Positions 1-9,736 are shown, counted from the stretch's first letter. The stretch: 64,000 bases of DNA from an uncultured Acidimicrobiaceae bacterium (GCA_963732585.1 CAVSZY010000007.1:98807-162806), one strand, 5' to 3'. Translations and numbers: made by a program. The notes: generated from the letters alone by a model not told the origin.

Positions 1-60
1 ACCCTGGCCGCGCCCGGCACCCGCCGCAGCCTGCGCAAACCTCGCGCCTGATCGTTCGTT

Positions 61-846
61 GTGAACGGCTCGTTTACCTCGGGCGGGCTGATCTTGTCGC
101 GCTACCTTGCCCGCCCGGCTGGGCGCGACGGGCCGTTGCCCGCACTGATCATGTGCCACGGGTTTCCCATCGGGCCGATCGACGCCCGTCATTCGGCCGT
201 CACCTTTCCTCAGCTGATGGACCGGGTGGCCAACGAGTTGGGTTGGGCAGCGATGACGTTTACGTTTCGCGGGTGCGGCACGAGCGAGGGCGACTTCTCA
301 CTGCAGGGCTGGGTTGACGACCTGCGCAGCGCGATCGACCATCTCATCGCCGAGGCCAAGCCGTTGGGCATTTGGTTGGTCGGCACGAACACCGGTGGTT
401 CGATCGCCGTCTGCGTCGCCGCCGACGATCCACGGGTCCGCGGCGCCGCGTTGCTCGCCGCCCGCGCCGACTTCAACGACTGGGTGGGCAACCCGAAGCG
501 GTTCGCCGATCACGCCCGAGATGTCGGCGCCATTCGCACGCCGGGTTTCCCCAAAAACCTCGACGAGTGGAGCCGTGAGCTGCGCCGATTTCGTCCCCAC
601 GAAGCAGCACGACGGTTCGCGCCGCGCCCGCTGCTGGTGATGCATGGATCTGCGGACGACAGCCTGCCTGTGGCCGACGGTCGTCGCCTGGCCGAAGCCC
701 ATGGATCGGCCGAACAGCGGGTGCTCGAGGGAGCCGGGCATCGGCTCCGTCACGATCCGCGGGCGATCGCCATTCTGCTTGGCTGGCTCGATCGGCAGCG
801 CTCGACTTTCGCCGTCGAACAAGCTGCGCAGTCGCTCGAACCGTAG
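61..846 (+). CDS. alpha/beta-hydrolase fold protein
   Basis: 261-aa ORF with landmarks of the fold: HGFP, nucleophile-elbow-like LVGTNTGGS (Asn where Ser is expected), HGSADD, GAGHRL. Confidence 0.7.
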   Translation: MNGSFTSGGLILSRYLARPAGRDGPLPALIMCHGFPIGPIDARHSAVTFPQLMDRVANELGWAAMTFTFRGCGTSEGDFSLQGWVDDLRSAIDHLIAEAKPLGIWLVGTNTGGSIAVCVAADDPRVRGAALLAARADFNDWVGNPKRFADHARDVGAIRTPGFPKNLDEWSRELRRFRPHEAARRFAPRPLLVMHGSADDSLPVADGRRLAEAHGSAEQRVLEGAGHRLRHDPRAIAILLGWLDRQRSTFAVEQAAQSLEP

Positions 847-982
847 TGATCGTTGTCTGGCGTCGTTCCTGGCACGAAATATTTCAGGCGGGTGAAATCG
901 AACGTGTCAGGAACGCAGCGGGACACCGGGCGATGCGCTGCCTTCGCTTGCTGTAATCAATCGGCGCTTGGCACGCTGGACG

Positions 983-1969
983 TCAGTCGAGCGAGGTGTA
1001 GGTCTCGCTGCTGAAGTTGGGCGACAGGTCGTTGGCATACGTGAACCAGGCTGTGTCGATGCCACGCTCGGGCGCTCGACGAGCCCTGAGCGCCGAAGGC
1101 AGGCCGAGCAGCGCGCGCACGATGCTGCGCACCCGTTGCACCCGGTACGGACCGGTGATGGTGCCCTTGGCGTGCACCACCAGTCGGGACAGCCACACCC
1201 GCGCCGCAAGCCCAAGTGGCAGGTTCTTGGCGGCGAAGAGCAACAGGTTGCGCTGCACGAGTTCGTACCGCCGCGCCTCACCGAGGGTCCGCGTCGACGC
1301 CGCGTGTTGATGATGGACGACGGCCGACGTGGCGATCAGCGAACGTCTGCCCAGTTGCCGTGAACGTACGACCCAATCGACGTCTTCGTAGTACAGCCGG
1401 TAGCGCTCGTCGATCGGTCCAACGCCGTCGCTGGGATCGAAGGCATCGGCGCTGAACAGCGCAGCACCGAAGCACGGCCCGAGGATCTCGGCACCGTCGG
1501 CGACCTGATCACGCCACGGCTGGCCGATGTAGGCGTTGAAGGCCTCGCCATTGGGTCGAAGCGCCAGCCCGAGCGAGTCGATGCGATCGGTCTCGTTGGC
1601 CAGCATGACCCGCGGCGCGACAGCGATGGCGTCGGAGCTTTCGAGCAGACGAGCCAGGACGGCGACGGCATCGGGTTCGACGGTGGCGTCGTCGTTCAAT
1701 AGCAGGAGCGAATCACCGCGGCGCACCCGCCGCAAGCCCTGGTTGACGCCTGCGGCGAATCCGTCGTTGCGCGCGCTGTAGATCACCGTGACGCCGTCGA
1801 CACCCTCCCATGAACGACAGGCGGCCCCACCGTCGGGAGAGGCATTGTCGACGAGAACGACCCGGATGTCGACACCGACCGAGGCGAGAAGTGAGCGCAC
1901 ACAGGCGTCGACGGTCGCCGCGGGCGCGCCGTGAACGACGACAACCGCAGAGACCGCCGCGGCGGTCAC
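983..1969 (-). CDS. family-2 glycosyltransferase
   Basis: Track ORF 983..2296 trimmed to the GTG at 1969, which overlaps the galE stop (GTGA). GT2 motifs VVVVHG, VLVDNASPDGG, ARNDGFAAGVNQG, LLLNDDA. Confidence 0.8.
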   Translation of the reverse strand: MTAAAVSAVVVVHGAPAATVDACVRSLLASVGVDIRVVLVDNASPDGGAACRSWEGVDGVTVIYSARNDGFAAGVNQGLRRVRRGDSLLLLNDDATVEPDAVAVLARLLESSDAIAVAPRVMLANETDRIDSLGLALRPNGEAFNAYIGQPWRDQVADGAEILGPCFGAALFSADAFDPSDGVGPIDERYRLYYEDVDWVVRSRQLGRRSLIATSAVVHHQHAASTRTLGEARRYELVQRNLLLFAAKNLPLGLAARVWLSRLVVHAKGTITGPYRVQRVRSIVRALLGLPSALRARRAPERGIDTAWFTYANDLSPNFSSETYTSLD

Positions 1970-2946
1970 TTGCCGCTGGCCACCTGCGTTGAATGCCACC
2001 GCCAGGCGGAACCGATGATGCTCTCGAGGCCGTGTTGCGGCACCCAGCCGAGCACCGAACGAACCCGCGTGGGCTCGGCAAAGCTGGAGACCGGGTCGCC
2101 GTCGCGGCGCGGGGCAACCTCGTAGGGAACCTTGGTGCCGCTGATCGCCTCGGTGCTGCGAATCACATCGAGCACACTGCTGCCGATGCCGGTGCCGACG
2201 TTGAACGCCGTCGTTTCCCCGCCCTTGGCCAGGTAGTCGAGCGAACGAACGTGGGCGTCGGCGAGATCCTCGACATGGATGTAGTCGCGAATGCACGTAC
2301 CGTCCGGCGTCGGATAGTCATCTCCGAAGATCTTGATCGCCCCGCTGATGCCGAGCGCGGCCTTCATCACCACGGGCACCAGGTTGGCGCTGTAAGTCCA
2401 ATCCTCACCGAGCACGTTGTCGCTGCTGGCCCCGGCGGCGTTGAAATAGCGCAAACACACCGAGCGCATCGGGGAAGTGACGCTGTACCACTGCAAGATG
2501 CGCTCGACCATCGCCTTGGTTTCGGCGTAGACGCTTTCCGGGTGGATCGCTGCCGTCTCGCTGACCGGCACCACGTCGGGCGTGCCATAGACCGAGCACG
2601 ACGAGGAAAACACGATGTTGTGCACCCCGGCGGTGATCAGCGCATCGACCAGGCGCACCGAACCATCGACGTTGTTGCGCCAATATTTCGTCGGGTTGCT
2701 CATCGACTCGCCGACGGCCTTATGCGCGGCGAAGTGCACGACGGCGTCGACGCCGAATTGCTTGCAGACATCGATGACCAGGTCCTGGTCGGCGATGTCG
2801 CCGACCACCATTGGCGTGTCGAGCACCGCGTCAGCATTGCCGGTGTCCAACGAATCGAGCACGACGACCTCACGGCCGATTTGGCGCAACTGGCGAACGG
2901 TGTGCGAGCCGATATAGCCGGCACCACCGGTAACGAGCACTGTCAT
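1966..2946 (-). CDS. galE: UDP-glucose 4-epimerase
   Basis: 326 aa; MTVLVTGGAGYIGSH Rossmann start, SSSCSVYG, YAETK catalytic motif, full-length GalE-like sequence. Confidence 0.9.
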   Translation of the reverse strand: MTVLVTGGAGYIGSHTVRQLRQIGREVVVLDSLDTGNADAVLDTPMVVGDIADQDLVIDVCKQFGVDAVVHFAAHKAVGESMSNPTKYWRNNVDGSVRLVDALITAGVHNIVFSSSCSVYGTPDVVPVSETAAIHPESVYAETKAMVERILQWYSVTSPMRSVCLRYFNAAGASSDNVLGEDWTYSANLVPVVMKAALGISGAIKIFGDDYPTPDGTCIRDYIHVEDLADAHVRSLDYLAKGGETTAFNVGTGIGSSVLDVIRSTEAISGTKVPYEVAPRRDGDPVSSFAEPTRVRSVLGWVPQHGLESIIGSAWRWHSTQVASGK

Positions 2947-2974
2947 AAAGATTCCTCCGTGATCTGGGGGCGGG

Positions 2975-3919
2975 TCAGAGACCCATCTCGATGCGCTGCG
3001 AAGCGATCATCTGTGACAGACCGTCACGCAACGAAATCGATGGGACCCAACCGAGCTTGGTGCGGATCAAGGTGCTGTCGGGACGACGCTGCATCGGGTC
3101 GCCCTCGCGGCCTGCAGGCAGCGGAACGGCGATGATCTCGCTCGACGAGCCGATGATGTCGACGATGATCTCGGCGAGGTCGAGCATCGTGTGTTCGTCC
3201 TCGTTGCCGACGTTGATCGGGCCGATCTCATCGCCATCGATCACCGCCAGGAATCCCTCGACCTCGTCTGCGACGTAACAGAAACTGCGGGTTTGCAGCC
3301 CGTCGCCATACAGCGTGATCGGCTCGCCGCGCAGCGCCTGGCTGATGAAGTTGGTGACCACGCGGCCGTCGTCCGGTCGCATCCGTGGCCCATAGGTGTT
3401 GAAGATGCGAACGATGCGAATGTCGAGGTCATGCACACGGTGATAGGCCATGGTGATCGCTTCCGAGAAGCGCTTGGCTTCGTCGTAGCAACTCCGCGGG
3501 CCGGTGCAGCTGACGTTGCCGAGATAGGACTCGGGTTGCGGGTGCACGAGTGGGTCGCCGTAGACCTCGCTCGTCGATGCGAGAAAGAACTTGGCGCTCT
3601 TCAGCACGGCAAGGTCGAGCAGGTTGCGGGTGCCGATACTGCCGACAGCAAGGATCTCCAACGGGATGGTGTCGAAGTCGCTCGGCGAGGCCGGGCTGGC
3701 CAGATCCATGACGACGTCGAGATGACCTTCGATCAACAGCGGCTCGGTGACGTCGTGTTCGAGGAACAGGAACCGCTCATGATCCATGAGGTGCGCAATG
3801 TTCTCCGGCCGCGAGCTGATGAAGTTGTCGACGGCGATGACTTCATCGCCGCGAGCAAGAAATGAATCAGCGAGGTGTGAGCCGATGAACCCTGCCCCGC
3901 CGGCAATCAGGATTCTCAT
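2975..3919 (-). CDS. uxs: UDP-glucuronate decarboxylase (UDP-xylose synthase)
   Basis: 314 aa; GGAGFIGSHL, VDNF, ASTSEVYGDP..HPQPE, CYDEAKR, RIFNTYGPRM..DGRVV.NFI, YGDGLQTRSF. This is the UXS-type SDR signature, and the gene lies next to ugd. Confidence 0.85.
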   Translation of the reverse strand: MRILIAGGAGFIGSHLADSFLARGDEVIAVDNFISSRPENIAHLMDHERFLFLEHDVTEPLLIEGHLDVVMDLASPASPSDFDTIPLEILAVGSIGTRNLLDLAVLKSAKFFLASTSEVYGDPLVHPQPESYLGNVSCTGPRSCYDEAKRFSEAITMAYHRVHDLDIRIVRIFNTYGPRMRPDDGRVVTNFISQALRGEPITLYGDGLQTRSFCYVADEVEGFLAVIDGDEIGPINVGNEDEHTMLDLAEIIVDIIGSSSEIIAVPLPAGREGDPMQRRPDSTLIRTKLGWVPSISLRDGLSQMIASQRIEMGL

Positions 3920-3922
3920 GAC

Positions 3923-5191
3923 TTAGCGCCCGACGCCCTGGTAGGTGAAGCCGGCGCGCAATGCTGCGGGCCGATCGAGCAGGTTACGGGTGTCGACGAT
4001 GTTTGGCTTTGCCAAACGCGACTTGACCTGGTTGAGGTCGAGCCAGCGGAATTCGTCCCACTCGGTGAGCACGATCAAGGCATCGGCGCCCTCACAGGCG
4101 TCGTAGGGATCAGCGTACGTCGGGATTTCCGGGTGCTTGCTGATCTGCGGGTCGTAGGCCTGCACGGTGACGCCACGCTTGTTCAACTCGCTGATGATCG
4201 CAATCGCCGGAGAGTCGCGCATGTCGTCCGTGTTGGCCTTGAAGGTGAGGCCCCAGGCAGCGATGGTCGAGCCCTCGAGCGTGCCGCCGACAGCGATGCG
4301 CACCTTCTCGATCATGCGCTCGCGCTGCTCGTCGTTGACGATGACGACGCCCTTGAGCAGGTTGAAGTCGTAGCCGGCGTCTTCGGCGATGCGCACCATG
4401 GCCTTGGTGTCCTTGGGGAAGCAGGATCCGCCCCATCCCGGGCCGGGCCGCAGAAACTCGTGGCCGATGCGCTTGTCGTAGCCGAGGCCGAGGACGACGT
4501 CGTTGACGTCGGCGCCGACGGCCTCACACACTGCTGCGACAGCGTTGATGAAGGAGATCTTGGTCGCCAAGAAGGCGTTGGCTGCATACTTGATGGTCTC
4601 TGCGGAAGCGGGGTCGGTGACGATGAGGTGCCCCGACGTGGCCGTGTAGAGGTTGGCGACGCGCGTTGCCGCGCTGGCGTCGTCGCTACCGATGACGACG
4701 CGGTCAGGGTTGAGGAAGTCGGCGACTGCCTGGCCCTCGCGCAGGAACTCTGGGTTGGAAACGACGCTGACGTCGTGGCGACCCATCACGCGCTCGACGA
4801 CCTTGGTTGAGCCAACTGGCACGGTCGACTTGTTGACGACGATCGCCCGGGCGGGCAGCACAGGCCCAATTTCCGCGGCTGCGGCCTGCAGGTAAGTCAG
4901 GTCGGCGGCGCCGTCTTCACCCTGCGGCGTCTGCACGCACAGGTAGGCGAACTCGCAGTCTTTGGCGGCCTCGGCGGCGCCGACGACGAACCGTAGACGG
5001 CCACTGGCGATACCGGCTTCGACGACCTCTTGCAGACCAGGTTCGTAGATCGGCAGGATGCCTTGCGACAATCGCTCGATCCGTTCTGGGTTGATGTCGG
5101 CACAGACAACTTGGTGTCCGATATGGGCAAAACAGGCACCGGTCGTGAGTCCCACGTAGCCCGTGCCGATAATGGCAATGCGTGAATTCAT
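3923..5191 (-). CDS. ugd: UDP-glucose 6-dehydrogenase
   Basis: Track ORF 3923..5377 trimmed to the ATG at 5191 (MNSRIAIIGTGYVGL). GGSCFPKD catalytic-Cys motif. Confidence 0.9.
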   Translation of the reverse strand: MNSRIAIIGTGYVGLTTGACFAHIGHQVVCADINPERIERLSQGILPIYEPGLQEVVEAGIASGRLRFVVGAAEAAKDCEFAYLCVQTPQGEDGAADLTYLQAAAAEIGPVLPARAIVVNKSTVPVGSTKVVERVMGRHDVSVVSNPEFLREGQAVADFLNPDRVVIGSDDASAATRVANLYTATSGHLIVTDPASAETIKYAANAFLATKISFINAVAAVCEAVGADVNDVVLGLGYDKRIGHEFLRPGPGWGGSCFPKDTKAMVRIAEDAGYDFNLLKGVVIVNDEQRERMIEKVRIAVGGTLEGSTIAAWGLTFKANTDDMRDSPAIAIISELNKRGVTVQAYDPQISKHPEIPTYADPYDACEGADALIVLTEWDEFRWLDLNQVKSRLAKPNIVDTRNLLDRPAALRAGFTYQGVGR

Positions 5192-5299
5192 TTCAGCCTC
5201 TCGATCAAAAACCGCCGACGAGAAGTCTATGGGCTGAAATCTCCAAGATTGTCCCACCGGCAGCGCAGATGCCTCCAGAGATCGACAAGATGTGAGGCG

Positions 5300-6520
5300 A
5301 TGAATGAGTCGTTTGACGTGGTGGTTGTCGGTGCTGGCATCGTCGGATTGGCCACGGCGCGGGCGTTGTTGCAGCACCGCAATGACTTACGTATTGCGGT
5401 GCTCGATAAGGAGATGTCGATCGCTGGGCATCAAACCGGACGCAACTCGGGGGTGATCCATGCGGGCGTGTATTACCCGCCCGGTTCGGACAAGGCGATG
5501 CTGTGCACGACCGGGCGTCGGCAGTTGATCAACTTTTGTCGTGAGTTCGATGTGCCATATGCCCTGTGCGGAAAATTGGTGCTGGCTACAGACGACACCG
5601 AGCGAACACGGCTGATGGAGTTGCATCGCCGTTGCCAGGCCAACGGGATTGACGTCGACGTGGTCGGGCCACAACGGATCGCCGAGCTAGAGCCGCACGC
5701 CGTCGGCGTGGCCGCGCTGCATGTTCGCGACACGGGAATCGTCGATTTCCCGGCGATGTGCGCAGTGCTGGCCTCGCAGATCACAGGCTTTCGCGGTCAA
5801 CTGTTGCTCGGAACCGCGGTGCTCGCTGGGCGAGAGATCGACGGCAGGCTGCTCATCGAGACCACCTCGGGGGAGATTCGAAGTCGGGCACTGGTCAACT
5901 GTGCGGGGCTGCAGGCCGATCGAGTTGCCCGCGCGATCGGTGGGCCCTCGGCGGCAAACGGCTTGATGATCGTGCCGTTTCGAGGCGAATATTTCGAAGT
6001 GCAGCCGACCAAGCGCCACCTGGTCAAGGCGCTGATCTATCCCGTCCCCGACCCGCAATTCCCGTTTCTCGGGGTGCATCTCACAAGATCGATCCACGGT
6101 GGTATCCATGTCGGCCCCAACGCCGTGTTGGCGCTGGCTCGCGAAGGATATTCGTGGCGGCGGATCGTGCCCAGCGATGTTCGCGAGACACTCGGGTTTC
6201 CCGGCATGCGGCGGCTTGCCAAGCAGCATTGGCGATACGGGGCAAGCGAGGTTGCTCGTTCGCTGAGCCGACGTCGATTCGCTGCCTCTCTGGCCAGACT
6301 TGTGCCCGAAGTGACCGCCGCCGATTTGATTCCGGCGGCATCTGGGGTGCGCGCCCAGGCGATCGACGCGCAAGGCAAGCTGGTGCAGGATTTCGCCTTT
6401 GGCTCGTCGAACGGCGGAAGGGCATTGCACGTACTCAACGCGCCGTCGCCGGCCGCGACCGCCTCGCTGGCGATCGGCGAACGAATTGCCGCGGAGATGT
6501 TGCTGCGTATCCAGAACTGA
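5300..6520 (+). CDS. lhgO: FAD-dependent oxidoreductase, L-2-hydroxyglutarate oxidase-like
   Basis: Trimmed to the ATG at 5300 (MNESFDVVVVGAGIVGL). HQTGRNSGVIHAGVYY motif. Confidence 0.7.
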   Translation: MNESFDVVVVGAGIVGLATARALLQHRNDLRIAVLDKEMSIAGHQTGRNSGVIHAGVYYPPGSDKAMLCTTGRRQLINFCREFDVPYALCGKLVLATDDTERTRLMELHRRCQANGIDVDVVGPQRIAELEPHAVGVAALHVRDTGIVDFPAMCAVLASQITGFRGQLLLGTAVLAGREIDGRLLIETTSGEIRSRALVNCAGLQADRVARAIGGPSAANGLMIVPFRGEYFEVQPTKRHLVKALIYPVPDPQFPFLGVHLTRSIHGGIHVGPNAVLALAREGYSWRRIVPSDVRETLGFPGMRRLAKQHWRYGASEVARSLSRRRFAASLARLVPEVTAADLIPAASGVRAQAIDAQGKLVQDFAFGSSNGGRALHVLNAPSPAATASLAIGERIAAEMLLRIQN

Positions 6521-6550
6521 TCGCAGACAGGCCGGTAGGGTTGCGACCTG

Positions 6551-7303
6551 ATGAATGCAAGAACTAAACGCGCATCGTTTGACGAAGCGGATGCAGCGTT
6601 GGAGCTGACGCTCGAAGAACTTGATCAGGGTGTACCCAACTACAACGAGTGGTTGCGGTCGCTCGTCGCCCCCGCGGCGGTTGGAACCGTTCTCGAAGTC
6701 GGTGCCGGGATGGGAACCTTTTCGCTCGCCCTGCTGCGAACGGCCGACAAGGTGGTCGCCGTCGAACCATCGACCCGCTGCGCGACGGCGCTCCTCGAGC
6801 TGAGCGAGACCGAAGAACGTCTGCAGACGGTTCACGGCTACGCGATCGACGCTGCGGCCTTCGGACCGTTCGATGGCGCCGTGATGTCCAACGTGCTCGA
6901 GCACATCGATGATGACGTCGCCACGCTGAAAGAACTCGCCGGGATGATCCGAATCGGCGGGCAGATTGCGGTTCTGAGCCCGGCGTTTCAGGTGTTGATG
7001 AGCGACTTCGATCGTGCCATCGGGCACGTTCGCCGCTACCGCAAGAAAGATCTCTGCGCTCGCTTTCGCGCCGCTGGTTTGGAGATCGTCGACGCCCGCT
7101 ACGTGAACATGCCCGGCTTCTTTGCCTGGTTACTGATCGCTCGGATGCTGCGCAAACGGCCAACTCACCATCATTTGAGCACGTTGTATGACCGGGTTGT
7201 GGTGCCTCCCGTTCGGCGAATCGAGAATCTCATTCGTCCTCCGTTCGGGCAGTCTGTGCTCGTTATCGGCCGGGTACCGGAAACGCGAGTCGCTGATGCA
7301 TAA
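6551..7303 (+). CDS. class I SAM-dependent methyltransferase
   Basis: 250 aa; VLEVGAGMGTF motif I, SNVLEHIDDD, IRIGGQIAV. Its stop overlaps the next start (ATGCATAA). Confidence 0.75.
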   Translation: MNARTKRASFDEADAALELTLEELDQGVPNYNEWLRSLVAPAAVGTVLEVGAGMGTFSLALLRTADKVVAVEPSTRCATALLELSETEERLQTVHGYAIDAAAFGPFDGAVMSNVLEHIDDDVATLKELAGMIRIGGQIAVLSPAFQVLMSDFDRAIGHVRRYRKKDLCARFRAAGLEIVDARYVNMPGFFAWLLIARMLRKRPTHHHLSTLYDRVVVPPVRRIENLIRPPFGQSVLVIGRVPETRVADA

Positions 7304-8072
7304 AGCCGAGCGGCGCGGCGCCGAGGTTCGAGTGCTCAGCGTCGTCATGCCCGCCTACAACGAGCAGAACACCATCGCTGAGATGGTCACAGCGGTGCTC
7401 GAATCTCCGTACACGGCGGAGCTGCTGATCATCGATGATGCTTCCAGTGACAAGACGGTGGAAATCGTCGAGACGATCGATGACCCGCGGGTGCGGTTGC
7501 TACGACAAGATCTGAACCAGGGCAAGGGCGCAGCGATTCGCCGCGGATTTGCCGAGGCGACGATGCCGTTCGTCATTGTCCAAGATGCTGATCTCGAGTA
7601 CGACCCCGCCGACTACGGCCAGATCATGGCGCCGCTGCTCGATGGGCGTGCCGACGTCGTCTTCGGGTCGCGATTTCTCACCGATCGTCCCCACCGCGTG
7701 CTCTACTACTGGCACTCCGTTGGCAATCGGTTCCTGACAATGCTGTCGAACATGTTCACCAACCTCAATATCAGCGACATGGAAACCTGTTACAAGGCCT
7801 TTCGGCGGGAGGTGTTGGCCTCGTTCGAGCTCGAAGAAGATCGATTCGGGATCGAGCCCGAGATGACCGCCAAGATTGCTCGTGGCAAATGGCGGGTCTA
7901 CGAGGTTGGGATTTCGTACTCGGCGCGCACCTACGACGAAGGCAAGAAGATCGGCTGGCGAGACGGCATTCGTGCAGTCTTCTGCATCGTGGCCTACTCT
8001 GGCTTTGGGTCGCGATGGCGGGTAAAACGGTTTGAGCCTGCAGTGCGATGGCTGACGAAGTCGAGGGCCTGA
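7296..8072 (+). CDS. GT2 polyprenyl-phosphate sugar synthase-like glycosyltransferase (DPM1/GtrB type)
   Basis: Trimmed to the ATG at 7296. LSVVMPAYNE, LIIDDASSD, IVQDADLEYDP, GSRF motifs; short soluble GT2 of about 258 aa. Confidence 0.8.
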   Translation: MHKAERRGAEVRVLSVVMPAYNEQNTIAEMVTAVLESPYTAELLIIDDASSDKTVEIVETIDDPRVRLLRQDLNQGKGAAIRRGFAEATMPFVIVQDADLEYDPADYGQIMAPLLDGRADVVFGSRFLTDRPHRVLYYWHSVGNRFLTMLSNMFTNLNISDMETCYKAFRREVLASFELEEDRFGIEPEMTAKIARGKWRVYEVGISYSARTYDEGKKIGWRDGIRAVFCIVAYSGFGSRWRVKRFEPAVRWLTKSRA

Positions 8073-9736
8073 CAGGCCAGCGGCACCCATTCGGTCGGCG
8101 AACGGGCTGGCGAACAGGTCGTCGGACGCCCGTGCCGTGGCCGTTGGCTGCCTGGATGCTCGGTGCGGTGGCCTTTTTCCACCGCTCGTTCTTCTCCGCG
8201 TTCGACCTACTCGGCGGCGACGCCGGCGACACCCGCCTGTACGTGTACCTCCAGGAGCACTGGCTGAACGTGCTGCGCGGCGACGTCTCGTGGACCTCGC
8301 CAGCGATGTTTTACCCGGCCAAGGGCACCCTCGGGTTCAGCGACACCTCGCTGTTGAATAGCGTCTTCTACATACCGCTGCGAGCGGTCGGCGCAGACCC
8401 GTTCCTCGCCTTTCAATGGACGTTGGTCGCACTGAGCGCAGTCGGATTCGCCAGCGCTTACCGGGTGCTTCGTAGCCATTTCGGCCTCGCGCTGTTACCG
8501 GCATGCCTGATGGCCGCCTCCTTTGCTTTCGCCAACGGATTGGCTGTCAAGGTCGGCCACCCGCAACTGCTGGCGATCCATTGGGTTGCGCTAGCGGCGA
8601 TGGTCACGACGGAGGGTGTCGGACGCCGTGGACGGCGTCGTGCGGTGCTGCTCGCTTGCGGCGGGGCCTTGTTCGGATTGGCGATGTACTCCGCGTACTA
8701 CATCGCATGGTTCGCCTTGTTCGCCACCGTGGTGACGTCTCTGTGGTGGACGTCGATGTGGCTCTGGTCGCAGCGGCGCCTCGGCGCCGAGCAGGTGTGG
8801 GCCGTTGTCGTCTCGCAGCGGGGGGCGTTCGGTTCGTGGTTGGGTGGTTTCGCGGTGGCGATGGCCCCGTTCGCCATCACCTACCTGCCCGTGCTCGGCC
8901 GCAACGGTGGCCGGGAATACGCCGAGGTCGTTTCGTTGGCGCCACGGCCGGGTGACGTAGTCAACCTCGGCAACGACAACCTGTTGTGGAGCGGCCTGTT
9001 GCGCCAAGGCTTGTCGACATCGAGACTCGCCAATGTCGAGGTGTCGGTGGCGGCCACGCCGTTGCTGATGATCGCCGCCGTCGTCATCGCCGTGCTCGCT
9101 GTGCGATCGCGACCTCCTGGCCGCGGTCGTGCGCTGGCGGCTTGCGCGCTCGCGGCGTCGGCCGTCACGGTCACCCTGCTTCCGGTGCAGTTCGGATGGG
9201 GGAGCATGTGGCAGCTCATTCGCCTGGTGCCAGGCGCAGTGGCGATCCGCGCCAGCGGCAGGATCCTGCTCATTGCTACACCGTTGGCCTTGTTGGCGAT
9301 CGCCGCCGCGTGGCCGGCAGTGGCAACAAGTCGGCGCCGCAGCGCCGCGCTGTCGCTCACTCTTGCGCTTGTCGCATTCGAGCAGCTCAACCGATCCAAC
9401 AACTACTTCGTCGACCGCTCGGAGGAGATTCGGGCGTTGATCATCGCGCCCCCGCCGCCCGCTGAGTGCTCGGCGATGTACATCGTGCTGCCGGCGGGAT
9501 CGACGACGCCTTACTACGAGGCCGACATTGATGCCATGTTGCTCGCGCAGCACTTTGGGATTGCCACAGTCAACGGCTACTCCGGCCAGCTCCCGCAGGG
9601 CTATGCGCCGTACGACCCCGCCGCCAACGGATACGCGGAAGCGATCGACAGCTGGTTAGCAGGGCGTGGGGTCACCGCCGGGGTGTGCAGCTACGACGCG
9701 TCGACTGCCACGTGGTCGATGCGGGCCGCAGGCTGA
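8048..9736 (+). CDS. polytopic membrane protein, GT-C-like candidate
   Basis: 562 aa, many hydrophobic spans. Acidic motif GGDAGDTRLYVYLQEH directly after the first TM; C-terminal soluble domain. Confidence 0.6.
   Translation: MADEVEGLTGQRHPFGRRTGWRTGRRTPVPWPLAAWMLGAVAFFHRSFFSAFDLLGGDAGDTRLYVYLQEHWLNVLRGDVSWTSPAMFYPAKGTLGFSDTSLLNSVFYIPLRAVGADPFLAFQWTLVALSAVGFASAYRVLRSHFGLALLPACLMAASFAFANGLAVKVGHPQLLAIHWVALAAMVTTEGVGRRGRRRAVLLACGGALFGLAMYSAYYIAWFALFATVVTSLWWTSMWLWSQRRLGAEQVWAVVVSQRGAFGSWLGGFAVAMAPFAITYLPVLGRNGGREYAEVVSLAPRPGDVVNLGNDNLLWSGLLRQGLSTSRLANVEVSVAATPLLMIAAVVIAVLAVRSRPPGRGRALAACALAASAVTVTLLPVQFGWGSMWQLIRLVPGAVAIRASGRILLIATPLALLAIAAAWPAVATSRRRSAALSLTLALVAFEQLNRSNNYFVDRSEEIRALIIAPPPPAECSAMYIVLPAGSTTPYYEADIDAMLLAQHFGIATVNGYSGQLPQGYAPYDPAANGYAEAIDSWLAGRGVTAGVCSYDASTATWSMRAAG

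Noticed and set aside
864-915. Inverted repeat CGTTCCTGGCAC ... GTGTCAGGAACG between the convergent hydrolase and GT2 genes, considered as a bidirectional terminator.
   Set aside because: The loop is about 28 nt, there is one mismatch and no flanking T/A tract. This is too weak to call a terminator without folding energies or transcript ends.
3923-5377. Long 5-prime extensions of track ORFs (ugd 3923-5377, GT2 983-2296, wzt 16852-18762, gmd 18823-19968, E2 50858-52714, MarR 43031-43996 and others) as real N-terminal domains.
   Set aside because: The extensions overlap upstream genes, are Arg/Pro-rich, and precede canonical family N-termini that begin at internal ATG/GTG codons with stop/start coupling.
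5300-6520. The L-2-hydroxyglutarate-oxidase-like flavoprotein as a functional member of the glycan pathway.
   Set aside because: Nothing in the sequence ties it to sugar chemistry. It is divergent from ugd and may simply be a neighbour. Left as an ordinary annotation.
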